This document shows positions 1 to 8,700 of a stretch of DNA of 64,000 nt, piece by piece; positions within the stretch are counted from its first letter, which is position 1; the number at the start of each line of letters is the position of its first letter. A program made the translations under genes and the position numbers. The notes beneath the pieces were generated by a model. The model made no database searches and was not told where the DNA came from. It saw only the letters and a list, made by a program, of their open reading frames with translations. The stretch is taken from the IMG/VR virus record IMGVR_UViG_2541047715_000004, one strand, 5' to 3'. Origin of the DNA: a virus. Taxonomy: Duplodnaviria; Heunggongvirae; Uroviricota; Caudoviricetes.

Positions 1-1
1 G

Positions 2-649
2 AGCACCACAACAAAAGACCTGATGACGCTGAAATGGGATGCGCTAAATATTCTGGTAAATGCCGTCATTAATGGCAGTCTTGGAGTTGGTACGACGAAT
101 GCGTTAGGTGGTAGCTCTATTGTTCTTGGTGATAATGACACCGGATTCAAACAGAATGGTGATGGTATTCTGGATGTTTACGCTAATAGTCAGCGAGTAT
201 TCCGCTTTCAGAATGGAGTTGCTATTGCTTTTAAAAACATTCAGGCTGGTGATAGTAAAAAGTTCTCGCTATCCAGCTCCAACACCTCCACAAAGAATGC
301 AACGTTTAATTTATGGGGTGCTTCAACCCGTCCAGTAGTTGCAGAGTTAGGCGATGAGGCAGGATGGCATTTCTATAGCCAGCGAAATACAGATAACTCG
401 GTAATATTTTCTGTTAACGGTCAGATACAGCCCAACAACTGGGGGAATTTTGATTCACGCTATGTAAAAGATGTTCGCCTGGGTACGCGAGTTGTTCAAT
501 TGATGGCGCGTGGTGGTCGTTATGAAAAAGCCGGACACGCAATTACCGGATTAAGAATCATTGGTGAAGTAGATGGCGATGATGAAGCCATCTTCAGGCC
601 AATACAAAAATACATCAATGGCACATGGTATAACGTCGCACAGGTGTAA
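2..649 (+). CDS. tail fiber protein, C-terminal part (gene starts upstream of window)
   Basis: Reading frame open to window start; Gly/Ser/Asn/Thr-rich sequence; immediately followed by a Tfa-type chaperone gene. Confidence 0.55.
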   Translation, partial: STTTKDLMTLKWDALNILVNAVINGSLGVGTTNALGGSSIVLGDNDTGFKQNGDGILDVYANSQRVFRFQNGVAIAFKNIQAGDSKKFSLSSSNTSTKNATFNLWGASTRPVVAELGDEAGWHFYSQRNTDNSVIFSVNGQIQPNNWGNFDSRYVKDVRLGTRVVQLMARGGRYEKAGHAITGLRIIGEVDGDDEAIFRPIQKYINGTWYNVAQV

Positions 650-1180
650 ATGATGCAGCATTTAAAAAATATTAAGTCTGGAAATCCTAAAACGAAAGAA
701 CAATATCAGCTAACAAAGAATTTTGATGTTATCTGGTTATGGTCCGAAGACGGAAAAAACTGGTATGAGGAAGTGAAGAACTTTCAGCCAGACACAATAA
801 AGATTGTTTACGATGCAAATAATATTATTGTCGCCATCACCAAAGATGCCTCCACGCTTAACCCTGAAGGTTATAGCGTCGTTGAGGTTCCAGATATTAC
901 AGCCAACCGCCGCGCTGATGATTCCGGTAAGTGGATGTTTAGGGACGGAGCTGTGGTTAAACGGATTTATACGGCAGACGAGCAACAACAACAGGCCGAA
1001 TCACAAAAGGCCGCGTTGCTTTCTGAAGCTGAAAGCGTTATTCAGCCACTGGAACGCGCTGTCAGGCTGAATATGGCGACGGATGAGGAGCGTACACGAC
1101 TGGAGTCATGGGAACGCTACAGCGTTCTGGTCAACCGTGTGGATACAGCAAAGCCCGAATGGCCACAAAAGCCTGAATAA
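650..1180 (+). CDS. tfa: tail fiber assembly protein (Tfa-like chaperone)
   Basis: 176 aa; start abuts stop of fiber gene; N-terminal region typical of Tfa/gpU/gpG family chaperones. Confidence 0.65.
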   Translation: MMQHLKNIKSGNPKTKEQYQLTKNFDVIWLWSEDGKNWYEEVKNFQPDTIKIVYDANNIIVAITKDASTLNPEGYSVVEVPDITANRRADDSGKWMFRDGAVVKRIYTADEQQQQAESQKAALLSEAESVIQPLERAVRLNMATDEERTRLESWERYSVLVNRVDTAKPEWPQKPE

Positions 1181-1342
1181 AAATTAAGGCCCGCTATCGG
1201 GCCTTGTCTCATTCATCATATTCAGCAATTGACCAAAAGGGTTGAGGAGCTTGAAACGAAGTTAAATTCACCTAAAGAATAAACAACTTCAATCGGGGCT
1301 GGAGCTAAACCAGCCCCTGCTTAAAAGTATAAGGATATATTT

Positions 1343-1597
1343 ATGAGCTATGGTGCACAGGTTTGGTCGCCATCAAGACAGGAGATGGTCAATGCGTTGG
1401 CCCCTGTTTATTACCTCGATTATTTTACTCCCTCTGGTTCAGGAAGTAGAACATATGAGGTTGAGGCGGGATTGGGAATCGACTATTACATAATGGACGT
1501 AACCAATGGAAAGTACACAAGTCTTACGGTTTCTGGAAATACCATTTCGTGGTCTGGAGCTAGTGGTAATTTAAACATATTGGTTTTTCAAAAATAA
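1343..1597 (+). CDS. hypothetical protein, paralog of 59078..59359
   Basis: 84 aa; shares ...FxPxxxDxFTxSGSxxTY...ISWSG... pattern with ORF 59078..59359. Confidence 0.45.
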   Translation: MSYGAQVWSPSRQEMVNALAPVYYLDYFTPSGSGSRTYEVEAGLGIDYYIMDVTNGKYTSLTVSGNTISWSGASGNLNILVFQK

Positions 1598-1690
1598 TGT
1601 ACGGAAGCAAGATATATCGATCTGACGGGAAGGTCTGGATGTCTCCTTCTTTGTCTCCTATCGTTTTTTCAGAGAAAGCAGGTTGTTTCT

Positions 1691-2206
1691 TTGTCCGGCG
1701 GAACAGAGTTTAACACCAAAATATCTCCAGATCGTTCACCGATTATTTTTGTTGCCTATTCGAAAGCTGTTTCATTAATAGCCAACAGAATAGTGCGTAA
1801 CAACCAGGTGATTTACAGTTTCGGAGGTCAGGGTAGCGACTCTAGTGCCACGATATACGTATTTTCGAAAGGTATAGCCAAAAAAGAAACTTGGGGCATG
1901 AGTTTTTTCAATGCACAAGGGGAGGAAATCTATAATACGGCAAATATCCCACTTTCATTTACCTTTCTTAATAATACGGAGTGGAACAGCTCTGGAGGGC
2001 ATGTTTTTGATTACCCTCCAGCGATAATCCCAACATATGCGAATGTGTTCGCTGTTCCAGTACCGGGCGGAGCCATGACAATGGTTTATGGATATGCGGC
2101 ATATGGAAATACTGTTAGCTCGATATTCGTAAACCAACTTAATGGCGGCCATAGTTTTAGCGTAAATGGCAGAGTACCGGTAATAAATAGAAATCTGTAT
2201 AACTGA
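1691..2206 (+). CDS. hypothetical protein, paralog of 59362..59976; 5-prime end ambiguous
   Basis: ORF begins at TTG; an ATG at 1597 in another frame encodes the paralog-like N-terminus (SDGKVWMSP...CFFV) and stops after about 38 codons. Confidence 0.4.
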   Translation: MSGGTEFNTKISPDRSPIIFVAYSKAVSLIANRIVRNNQVIYSFGGQGSDSSATIYVFSKGIAKKETWGMSFFNAQGEEIYNTANIPLSFTFLNNTEWNSSGGHVFDYPPAIIPTYANVFAVPVPGGAMTMVYGYAAYGNTVSSIFVNQLNGGHSFSVNGRVPVINRNLYN

Positions 2207-2213
2207 TGAGTAA

Positions 2214-2447
2214 ATGATGAAAAGATTATTTCTAACAATAGCTGTTGTTCTCTCTCTTACTGGCTGCCAGAAATTGCCGACACCTATATGTTATGGTGAA
2301 GCTATCATTGGTGGACAGGAGACAGTCATACCCATATATGCTGTTAAAAAAGTGAACGACTATACCTTATACAAAGCGGGTAGCATCTATAACTGGCGAT
2401 GGGTTGGAGTAGGTGCTTTCTCATCAATCGGTTGCAATGCTGAATGA
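2214..2447 (+). CDS. small lipoprotein (candidate superinfection-exclusion / receptor-blocking protein)
   Basis: 77 aa; signal peptide with lipobox LTGC; three Cys; lies between fiber genes and lysis genes. Confidence 0.55.
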   Translation: MMKRLFLTIAVVLSLTGCQKLPTPICYGEAIIGGQETVIPIYAVKKVNDYTLYKAGSIYNWRWVGVGAFSSIGCNAE

Positions 2448-2516
2448 TAGGTAAGTACACACCTACAACAAAAGGGTGAAATGTGATATAAATCCGCCAT
2501 CCCGATTTGACTTTTC

Positions 2517-2852
2517 ATGGAGGAAAACATGTCGAACGAGATGGCGGGCGTTACAACAGAGCAAGTTGAGCGTATTGCCGCGATCGTTGCTCGGGAGGTT
2601 GTTGGCAAATTAGGTAAAGAACTACGTGAAGAAATTGGCCAGGAGGTCAATGATCAGCTGAAAACCTACTTTGGTGATATGACCCCGGCGCAACATAGTA
2701 TTCAACACTCCAATCTGGACAAACTCCTTAACCGGTTAGATTCCATCTCAAGTGGGTTCTTTGGCGGCATTGTTTCTAAAATAACGTCGTTCATTATTAC
2801 CGCACTGCTTTTGGGGTTAGCCGCGTATGGCGTAAAAAGTGGACTGCAATAA
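2517..2852 (+). CDS. membrane protein with C-terminal TM helix (possible holin/antiholin)
   Basis: 111 aa; hydrophobic C-terminus ITSFIITALLLGLAAYGV; first gene of a lysis-like cluster. Confidence 0.3.
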   Translation: MEENMSNEMAGVTTEQVERIAAIVAREVVGKLGKELREEIGQEVNDQLKTYFGDMTPAQHSIQHSNLDKLLNRLDSISSGFFGGIVSKITSFIITALLLGLAAYGVKSGLQ

Positions 2853-2865
2853 CAGGAGATCAAGG

Positions 2866-3558
2866 ATGAAGACTCCGAGAGGCATTCGTAATAATAACCC
2901 CGGTAATCTTGATAAAGGATCACCGTGGCAAGGTCTGGTTGCGAATCCAGACGAACCGCGCTTTTGCACGTTTAAAGACCCTGTTTGGGGGATTCGTGCG
3001 CTGGCGGTGACTCTAATTACCTACCACGACAAACGTCGCGCAAAAGACGGCTCAAGTATCGATACCATTCGTGAAGTTATTGAACGTTGGGCACCGCCGA
3101 ATGAAAACAATACTGACGCCTACATTAATGAGGTGTCTAAAGCCGTTGGTGTAACCGCAGACATGATCATCGATCTGCATGATTACGACATCCTTCGACC
3201 TTTGGTTGAGGCAATCATTCGCCACGAGAATGGCCGAGGCCCGCTAAAAACGCTGAACACCTGGTATGCGGCAGAAGTTATTGAGGAAGGTCTGCGTCGA
3301 GCTGGCGTTGTTAAGCCGGTGAAAACCGTGAAGGCTGTTCCTGTAACTAAAGAAACCGCAGGCGCAACTGTTACAGCAGGTATTGGTCTGGCGCAGCTGG
3401 CCGATGTTATGCCGCAGGTTTCCGCTGCTATGGATAAAGCACAAGGTCATATCTCTAGCGGGGATACAGTACGCATCATCTTCGGTATTGCCACTATTGT
3501 TGTGGCAGGATTCATTGCCTGGTCGCAGGTAAGAAAACACCAGAAAGGGATGGTCTAA
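2866..3558 (+). CDS. putative lysis protein / endolysin-like with C-terminal membrane anchor
   Basis: Start moved to ATG 2866 after AGGAG; conserved GIRNNNPGNL motif; C-terminal TM helix; followed directly by spanin genes. Confidence 0.35.
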   Translation: MKTPRGIRNNNPGNLDKGSPWQGLVANPDEPRFCTFKDPVWGIRALAVTLITYHDKRRAKDGSSIDTIREVIERWAPPNENNTDAYINEVSKAVGVTADMIIDLHDYDILRPLVEAIIRHENGRGPLKTLNTWYAAEVIEEGLRRAGVVKPVKTVKAVPVTKETAGATVTAGIGLAQLADVMPQVSAAMDKAQGHISSGDTVRIIFGIATIVVAGFIAWSQVRKHQKGMV

Positions 3559-3559
3559 T

Positions 3560-3811
3560 ATGCTAGGCAGCCTGATGACAAAGCTAAAAGTTGCTTTGAT
3601 TACGCTGGCTGCCGTTCTTTTCGTTCTTGTCGGCGCTTACACGATGGGCGGGAATGCGGCGCGACGAGCAATGGAAGAGAAGGCAAAACAGGAAGACAGA
3701 AAACGACTTCAAAGCACAGTGGATGTCAAAAATGAAACGGTTAATGAAGTGCGGCAAAAAGATGCCTCTGGTGTTCATCGCGAGCTGTTTGATAAATGGG
3801 TGCGTGATTAA
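3560..3811 (+). CDS. i-spanin (Rz-like)
   Basis: 83 aa; N-terminal TM helix then charged coiled-coil-like region; partner lipoprotein ORF overlaps its 3-prime end in another frame. Confidence 0.55.
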   Translation: MLGSLMTKLKVALITLAAVLFVLVGAYTMGGNAARRAMEEKAKQEDRKRLQSTVDVKNETVNEVRQKDASGVHRELFDKWVRD

Positions 3812-3959
3812 GACGCAGGCTCCAGGCGTGCTATTCTGCGATGCTGCAAATCCTATTTATGTGAGTAGAGAGGATTTTATGACTGAGGAAACGGAGCGAC
3901 AGTTGCTTATCCACAATACGATAGGTGAAAGGCTGTGTGAGTGGGGGCACCTGAACTGA
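3732..3959 (+). CDS. o-spanin (Rz1-like lipoprotein), overlapping Rz 3-prime end
   Basis: Internal ATG of ORF 3627..3959; MKRLMKCGKKMPLVFIASCLINGC signal/lipobox-like N-terminus. Confidence 0.45.
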   Translation: MKRLMKCGKKMPLVFIASCLINGCVIKTQAPGVLFCDAANPIYVSREDFMTEETERQLLIHNTIGERLCEWGHLN

Positions 3960-4183
3960 GTCGATGATTGATGAGTGGTCTCAGTTTACCTTTTATCCTA
4001 AAGATGGCATCTTCACTCATATACACGCCTGTTCACTCAAGCTCATGTTGAATCATTTAGTAATTTGATGTAGATTTATTAGGCATCCACGTAAGTGGGC
4101 ACATACAGGCTACGCATCCTCGTAGCCTTCAACCCCGAGAGGGGTGCCGCAATGACACTTGTGTTAACGGCTAAGGTGGACAC

Positions 4184-4567
4184 ATGCTGAACGAGAAACG
4201 TTCTATACAAACTATTCGCGATTGCACGAGTATTATCGAGACTCATGTGCTGAATCAGCACAAGCTTGAAGTACGTAAGCTCAATAATGACGCTATTGAA
4301 CCGGAAGACTCACGCTTCATCGTTACCTTCAAAGACGATGTTGAGCGCGCTGGTGCAAGCGTGAAGCCATTAGCTGAAGCAATTTACCTGAATGGTCGTG
4401 TTCGTTTTGTAGTCAAGCCAGCTAAACAGTACCCTGAGCTGTCTCGTTTTATCGAGGCTTTTTCGGAGGTTATTGAACATTCTATTCGCCGCTTCTTACG
4501 CAATCATGGTAGCATTGTCAGCACGGTTAAGGCTGATGATTCTGCTACAAAATGGCTCCTACACTAG
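4184..4567 (+). CDS. hypothetical protein (first gene of two-gene cassette)
   Basis: 127 aa ORF; overlaps next ORF by 16 nt. Confidence 0.45.
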   Translation: MLNEKRSIQTIRDCTSIIETHVLNQHKLEVRKLNNDAIEPEDSRFIVTFKDDVERAGASVKPLAEAIYLNGRVRFVVKPAKQYPELSRFIEAFSEVIEHSIRRFLRNHGSIVSTVKADDSATKWLLH

Positions 4568-5304
4568 ATAGCGCATATTCAAAAGATCTAAGCGAGTTTC
4601 CTCATAAAGGGGAGACTCGTGTTGTTCGTTTTGGCTTTCTTATCAATGAAGCCTCCCTCTATAAAATCTCAGAAATTGAAATCATTGAACCAGAAGATGA
4701 CATTTGCCTGTATGTCTCTATGGAACTTGTAGGTGCGCGCGACCAAGGCGACCTGAGCGAATTCATCTTAGATCGAGCGGATGAAGATGCCCCTGAAGAA
4801 GAGATTATCAAAGAGGTGCTCCAGTCCGGGCTTCTGGACGAAAACAAAAATACGATCGCTGGTAGGATAGCTCTGCGTGAATATAGTTTTGTTGAAGACG
4901 GCAATGAGATCGAATGTTACCAGGTAGCCGGTGTCGAAACTGTCAGAGAGCGTCGTCAGCGAGGATTGTGTCACCGTACCTATCTCTTTCTTCTTCATTG
5001 GTATGAGCATTTAGTCTGCGACGATACACAAACCATTCCTGGTGCTAAGATCTGGGCAGGGCCTCTCATGCGAACCGGCGATGTGCGTATATACAATGCC
5101 AAAACAGAAACGTTCGAGGATGTGTTAGGTGAGTACGGGATGGGGAAAGAAACCGGATTTTTGCCGTGGAACAGAGGATTGTTGCTTGATGCAGAGTTAA
5201 GCTCTTGGCTCCCAAACAAAGTGCAAGTTAACGTTCAGAAATTTATCGTACTTATCATCTCCCGCAAAACAAGAACTCCAGTAGGTTTATACCTAAAAGA
5301 TTAA
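4552..5304 (+). CDS. hypothetical protein (second gene of cassette)
   Basis: 250 aa ORF followed by strong intrinsic terminator. Confidence 0.45.
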   Translation: MAPTLDSAYSKDLSEFPHKGETRVVRFGFLINEASLYKISEIEIIEPEDDICLYVSMELVGARDQGDLSEFILDRADEDAPEEEIIKEVLQSGLLDENKNTIAGRIALREYSFVEDGNEIECYQVAGVETVRERRQRGLCHRTYLFLLHWYEHLVCDDTQTIPGAKIWAGPLMRTGDVRIYNAKTETFEDVLGEYGMGKETGFLPWNRGLLLDAELSSWLPNKVQVNVQKFIVLIISRKTRTPVGLYLKD

Positions 5305-5309
5305 AAATC

Positions 5310-5334
5310 AGGCGACTTTGGTCGCCTTTTTTGT
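5310..5334 (+). terminator. rho-independent terminator
   Basis: AGGCGAC-TTTG-GTCGCCT hairpin followed by TTTTTT. Confidence 0.75.
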
Positions 5335-5480
5335 TAACAGCCATTGATTCTCGCCTAAAAATTCTAAGGCAGCACCTACCATTTAACCTTTACACCACAG
5401 CCGTAGGCATTTAGGCTATATCACATATAAGAAAACAAGTTGTTTCAGACGATAATTATATACGCAAAGGGAACTCTCCA

Positions 5481-6149
5481 ATGACCAAGATCTTTGTGGT
5501 TGGCGGCACAAAGGGCGGGCCTGGCAAATCCACCGTTGCCCAGCAAATTGCCGTTTGCCTGAAAGTCAAAAAGAAGAAGAAGGTTTATATCACTGATATA
5601 GATATTCAGCGCACGACAACAAGCTGGTGTGAAGACCGTCGACAGAACGAAGACCTTGAGCTGATTCCTTTTGCATACGTTCAGGATGACATCATTAAGC
5701 ACCTAAAATCGCTTCAGGGTAGAGCTGAGTTTGTAGTGGTAGATGCTGGTGGCTTCGACTCCGAAATTCAGCGACAAGCGATGCTGATGGCTGACGTTAT
5801 CATTATCCCGCTGCGTCCTAAGCGTCGTGATTTGAAATCTTTACGTGACATCGATCCTATTATCGACAATGTTCGCAATGTAAACGATAAAGTGAAGGTC
5901 CGCGCGGTCATGAACCAGTGCCCGGCTTTGCCATCACAAGTGTCTCGCATTCTGGCGGCTAAAGAGATTGTTGAGACGTTTGGCATCGAGTCTGCGCCAG
6001 TCAATCTATATAACCGCAACGTCTATGATGATGCGGAAGAGTCTGGTCGTTCTATCTTTGAAATGACCGGTAGCGAGCGCGACAAAAAGGCGGAAGCCGA
6101 GTTTGAAGAATTTGTAGATTATCTGTTGAGTCTGGAGGAAGAAGAATAA
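5481..6149 (+). CDS. parA: ParA-family partition ATPase
   Basis: Deviant Walker A GGTKGGPGKST near N-terminus; 222 aa; followed by small RHH-like partner. Confidence 0.85.
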   Translation: MTKIFVVGGTKGGPGKSTVAQQIAVCLKVKKKKKVYITDIDIQRTTTSWCEDRRQNEDLELIPFAYVQDDIIKHLKSLQGRAEFVVVDAGGFDSEIQRQAMLMADVIIIPLRPKRRDLKSLRDIDPIIDNVRNVNDKVKVRAVMNQCPALPSQVSRILAAKEIVETFGIESAPVNLYNRNVYDDAEESGRSIFEMTGSERDKKAEAEFEEFVDYLLSLEEEE

Positions 6150-6508
6150 TGTCCATGAAAATGGGTGACCTAGCAAAGCGCAAAGAGCCTGATGCACCGG
6201 CTAAGAACACAACTCCTTTGCGCCAACCAGTCAGACCACAGGGACGCCCGACTCGTGGCAAAGAGAAAATTAAAAGCCGCACAATGTCACTGGAGGACGA
6301 ATACTTCGAACTGCTGGAGATGATGAAGTTCATCCCTCGCTTCGAGAAGTTCACTCGTTCTGACGTGATTCGAGCAGCCATTTTCCATCTGGCAGAGAAG
6401 TCACCGCAGGAAATCGAGGACATCGTGAAATTGAATGAGGCGATCACCGCTGCCGATGTCACGATGCGTACCGATGAAATTAAACGCGAGTTAATGAAGA
6501 AAGGTTGA
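6149..6508 (+). CDS. small partition DNA-binding protein (ParG/RHH-like)
   Basis: 119 aa; basic N-terminus then RHH-like segment; start overlaps parA stop. Confidence 0.5.
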   Translation: MSMKMGDLAKRKEPDAPAKNTTPLRQPVRPQGRPTRGKEKIKSRTMSLEDEYFELLEMMKFIPRFEKFTRSDVIRAAIFHLAEKSPQEIEDIVKLNEAITAADVTMRTDEIKRELMKKG

Positions 6509-6517
6509 TATAAATCT

Positions 6518-6547
6518 CTAAGGCTGGTCTGCATTGGACAGCCTTAG
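6518..6547. terminator. bidirectional hairpin between convergent genes
   Basis: CTAAGGCTG...CAGCCTTAG inverted repeat between 6508 and 6569. Confidence 0.5.
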
Positions 6548-6568
6548 AAATATTTCGTTCTATGAAAG

Positions 6569-7642
6569 CTATTCGTAGTTAAGCTCACCGAACAGACTGA
6601 ACATCAAGTCACCATCCAAAATTTCAAAGGGCAACTCGACATACTCATCCTTATGTCTCGGAATTGCGTTGCCGTCGTTAGGGGCATTCTTGGTATAACC
6701 TTTTACATGTTTACCGTTTTCTTTTGTATACGGCAGCACGACAATTCGACCGTGATTTTTTGAAATGATAGTTCCTTCTTTCCAGAGCGTATTGCCTCTT
6801 GAGGTGGTTTCGCTTTCGCTAGCAACTTTAACACTCCAACCTACCTGATTTTTGTCCTCAAACCAGAAAACAAAGTTGCCAACAACCAGTACCTTTTGCC
6901 CATTCCTGAGAGCTTCATCCAGCATTCTTTTTACGCTGGCGAGTTGCAGTAACCGGTTAGCACGCGGCAGAAGCATTGAGCGAATAGTCGCTTTTGTTTT
7001 TCCCCAATGTGCAGCACCTGATAAACCAAAACCTCTGGCTATGCGTTCTTGGTAGCAGATCTTCGCTGTCTTAGCTTTGTTGTTATATGAACATTCCCAA
7101 GTGTTAGGAGCAACGAGTTGAAGTGAAACTTGGAATTTGGGAAGAAAAACAAAATGTAAGTAAGGCATCTCGCTTAGCACGTCAAAAAGGGGTTGACGCA
7201 AAGTTTCGTAATCTGGGTTAATTATTAACTCATTTAATGTCACTCGCGGATCGTTGGCGTGTGCCTTAATTGCTTCGTTGAGCATTATATGCTCTTCATC
7301 CATGAGACGTGATTTGGCTTTGAGTGCTTTGTCAACTTTCAAACGCAATGACTTCTTTTGAAACATAGATAGAGGAAGTTTTTCAATGTCAAAGCTCACG
7401 TTTTTATTCAGCTCTAATGCCGCTTTTCTTGCTTCAGGATAGTTATCGTAGTCGTCATCAAAAGCGTGGTTTGGCATACCACGATCAACATATCGCCGAT
7501 ACCAAGCAAGGGTTCCATCATTACGGAGTTTCAGACAGAACATCGACCATTTATTCCGTTCATATTTAGGCTGAGGCCAAAAAGCCAGTTCGGGAAGGCC
7601 ATATCCTGGAAGTCTATTCATGCGCATGGTGACAATATCCAC
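6569..7642 (-). CDS. hypothetical protein (lone minus-strand gene)
   Basis: 357 aa ORF with no motif I recognise; opposite orientation to flanking operons. Confidence 0.5.
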   Translation of the reverse strand: MDIVTMRMNRLPGYGLPELAFWPQPKYERNKWSMFCLKLRNDGTLAWYRRYVDRGMPNHAFDDDYDNYPEARKAALELNKNVSFDIEKLPLSMFQKKSLRLKVDKALKAKSRLMDEEHIMLNEAIKAHANDPRVTLNELIINPDYETLRQPLFDVLSEMPYLHFVFLPKFQVSLQLVAPNTWECSYNNKAKTAKICYQERIARGFGLSGAAHWGKTKATIRSMLLPRANRLLQLASVKRMLDEALRNGQKVLVVGNFVFWFEDKNQVGWSVKVASESETTSRGNTLWKEGTIISKNHGRIVVLPYTKENGKHVKGYTKNAPNDGNAIPRHKDEYVELPFEILDGDLMFSLFGELNYE

Positions 7643-7744
7643 GAGGCTAAAACACTGATTCTAACATGATCTCCCTTGATAAATCTGTCAATGACATAGC
7701 ATCTGGGGTTGGAGTCAAATTATGTTGTTCTTGGTATCCATTAG

Positions 7745-7803
7745 GAGCCTGTTTCTGTATATAAATAATAAGTAACTTATTAAATATATACGGAAGCAGG
7801 TCT
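7745..7803. repeat. long GC-stem / AT-loop hairpin element, copy 1
   Basis: GCCTGTTTCTGTATATA...TATATACGGAAGCAGGTC inverted repeat with TATAAATA-containing loop; second copy at 55221..55281. Confidence 0.6.
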
Positions 7804-7907
7804 TTTAAAAGACACCACCAGAACAACTCCCTTCCGTTTTCACTTCCAAAAACTGCCACCAGTCGCTATCATCCGCTCATTGTGATAAGTAAGTAACTAC
7901 CTACCGG

Positions 7908-8657
7908 GTGAGCCACATGAGCCAAATCTTTTTCGATACCATCGACAACGACCAGTACGACTTCATGACAGAGTGGAATACCGCTGTTATGGACAAGTGG
8001 GTCGCTGAAAACATTGGTTTGTCGCGCTGTAAAGATGAGGCTGAACTCTTCGAGACGAAGTGGTTTGATTACCGCGACATGCATCCTCTTATGGCCACCT
8101 GTCTGTTTACGGAGGCATACAAACGTCAGTACTCAAATATCATGCTGACGCACGGTCGCGAACACTTTGAAACAGCTCCGTTCACCACCGGGTTAAAACG
8201 CCTGCCTTATCAGGAGTTGTCGACTGCCAATAAAACGTCTCTATGGAAAGCACGCCAGTTTGCTGACCGCTATTGCTGCTCATACGACTACTTTATCTCC
8301 ACCGTTCTTTCCGCAGCTGCACGACGGCTGTGGGACAAGCTGCCGCGCCCACAGCATTTATGGCAGCCAGAACTGATTGAGATATTTGAAGAGAAATTAG
8401 CCAGACGCGCAACAACCCGTCTGGATGACTCTCTGGTTAGCTTTAAGTATATGGGAGACATGCAGTTCAACCCGATTCAGGAAAGCTATTTTGAGTGGAT
8501 TCTGGAGCGTTTGCGCACCATCCCTCGCAGTAAGCGCATACGCGCAATTTTCTCCGCTATCTGGCTAATGGAAATCGTTCCAGAGCGCCTTATTTCCGCC
8601 CACTTTCCAGAAGAACTGGAAGAAGCACGGCGGTTTATTGATCCCCTATCTAATTAA
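7908..8657 (+). CDS. hypothetical protein
   Basis: 249 aa ORF upstream of helicase gene. Confidence 0.5.
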   Translation: MSHMSQIFFDTIDNDQYDFMTEWNTAVMDKWVAENIGLSRCKDEAELFETKWFDYRDMHPLMATCLFTEAYKRQYSNIMLTHGREHFETAPFTTGLKRLPYQELSTANKTSLWKARQFADRYCCSYDYFISTVLSAAARRLWDKLPRPQHLWQPELIEIFEEKLARRATTRLDDSLVSFKYMGDMQFNPIQESYFEWILERLRTIPRSKRIRAIFSAIWLMEIVPERLISAHFPEELEEARRFIDPLSN

Positions 8658-8700
8658 CTAATACTAGAAAACAATTTGTTTAAAAAACAAAGGAAAGCAC

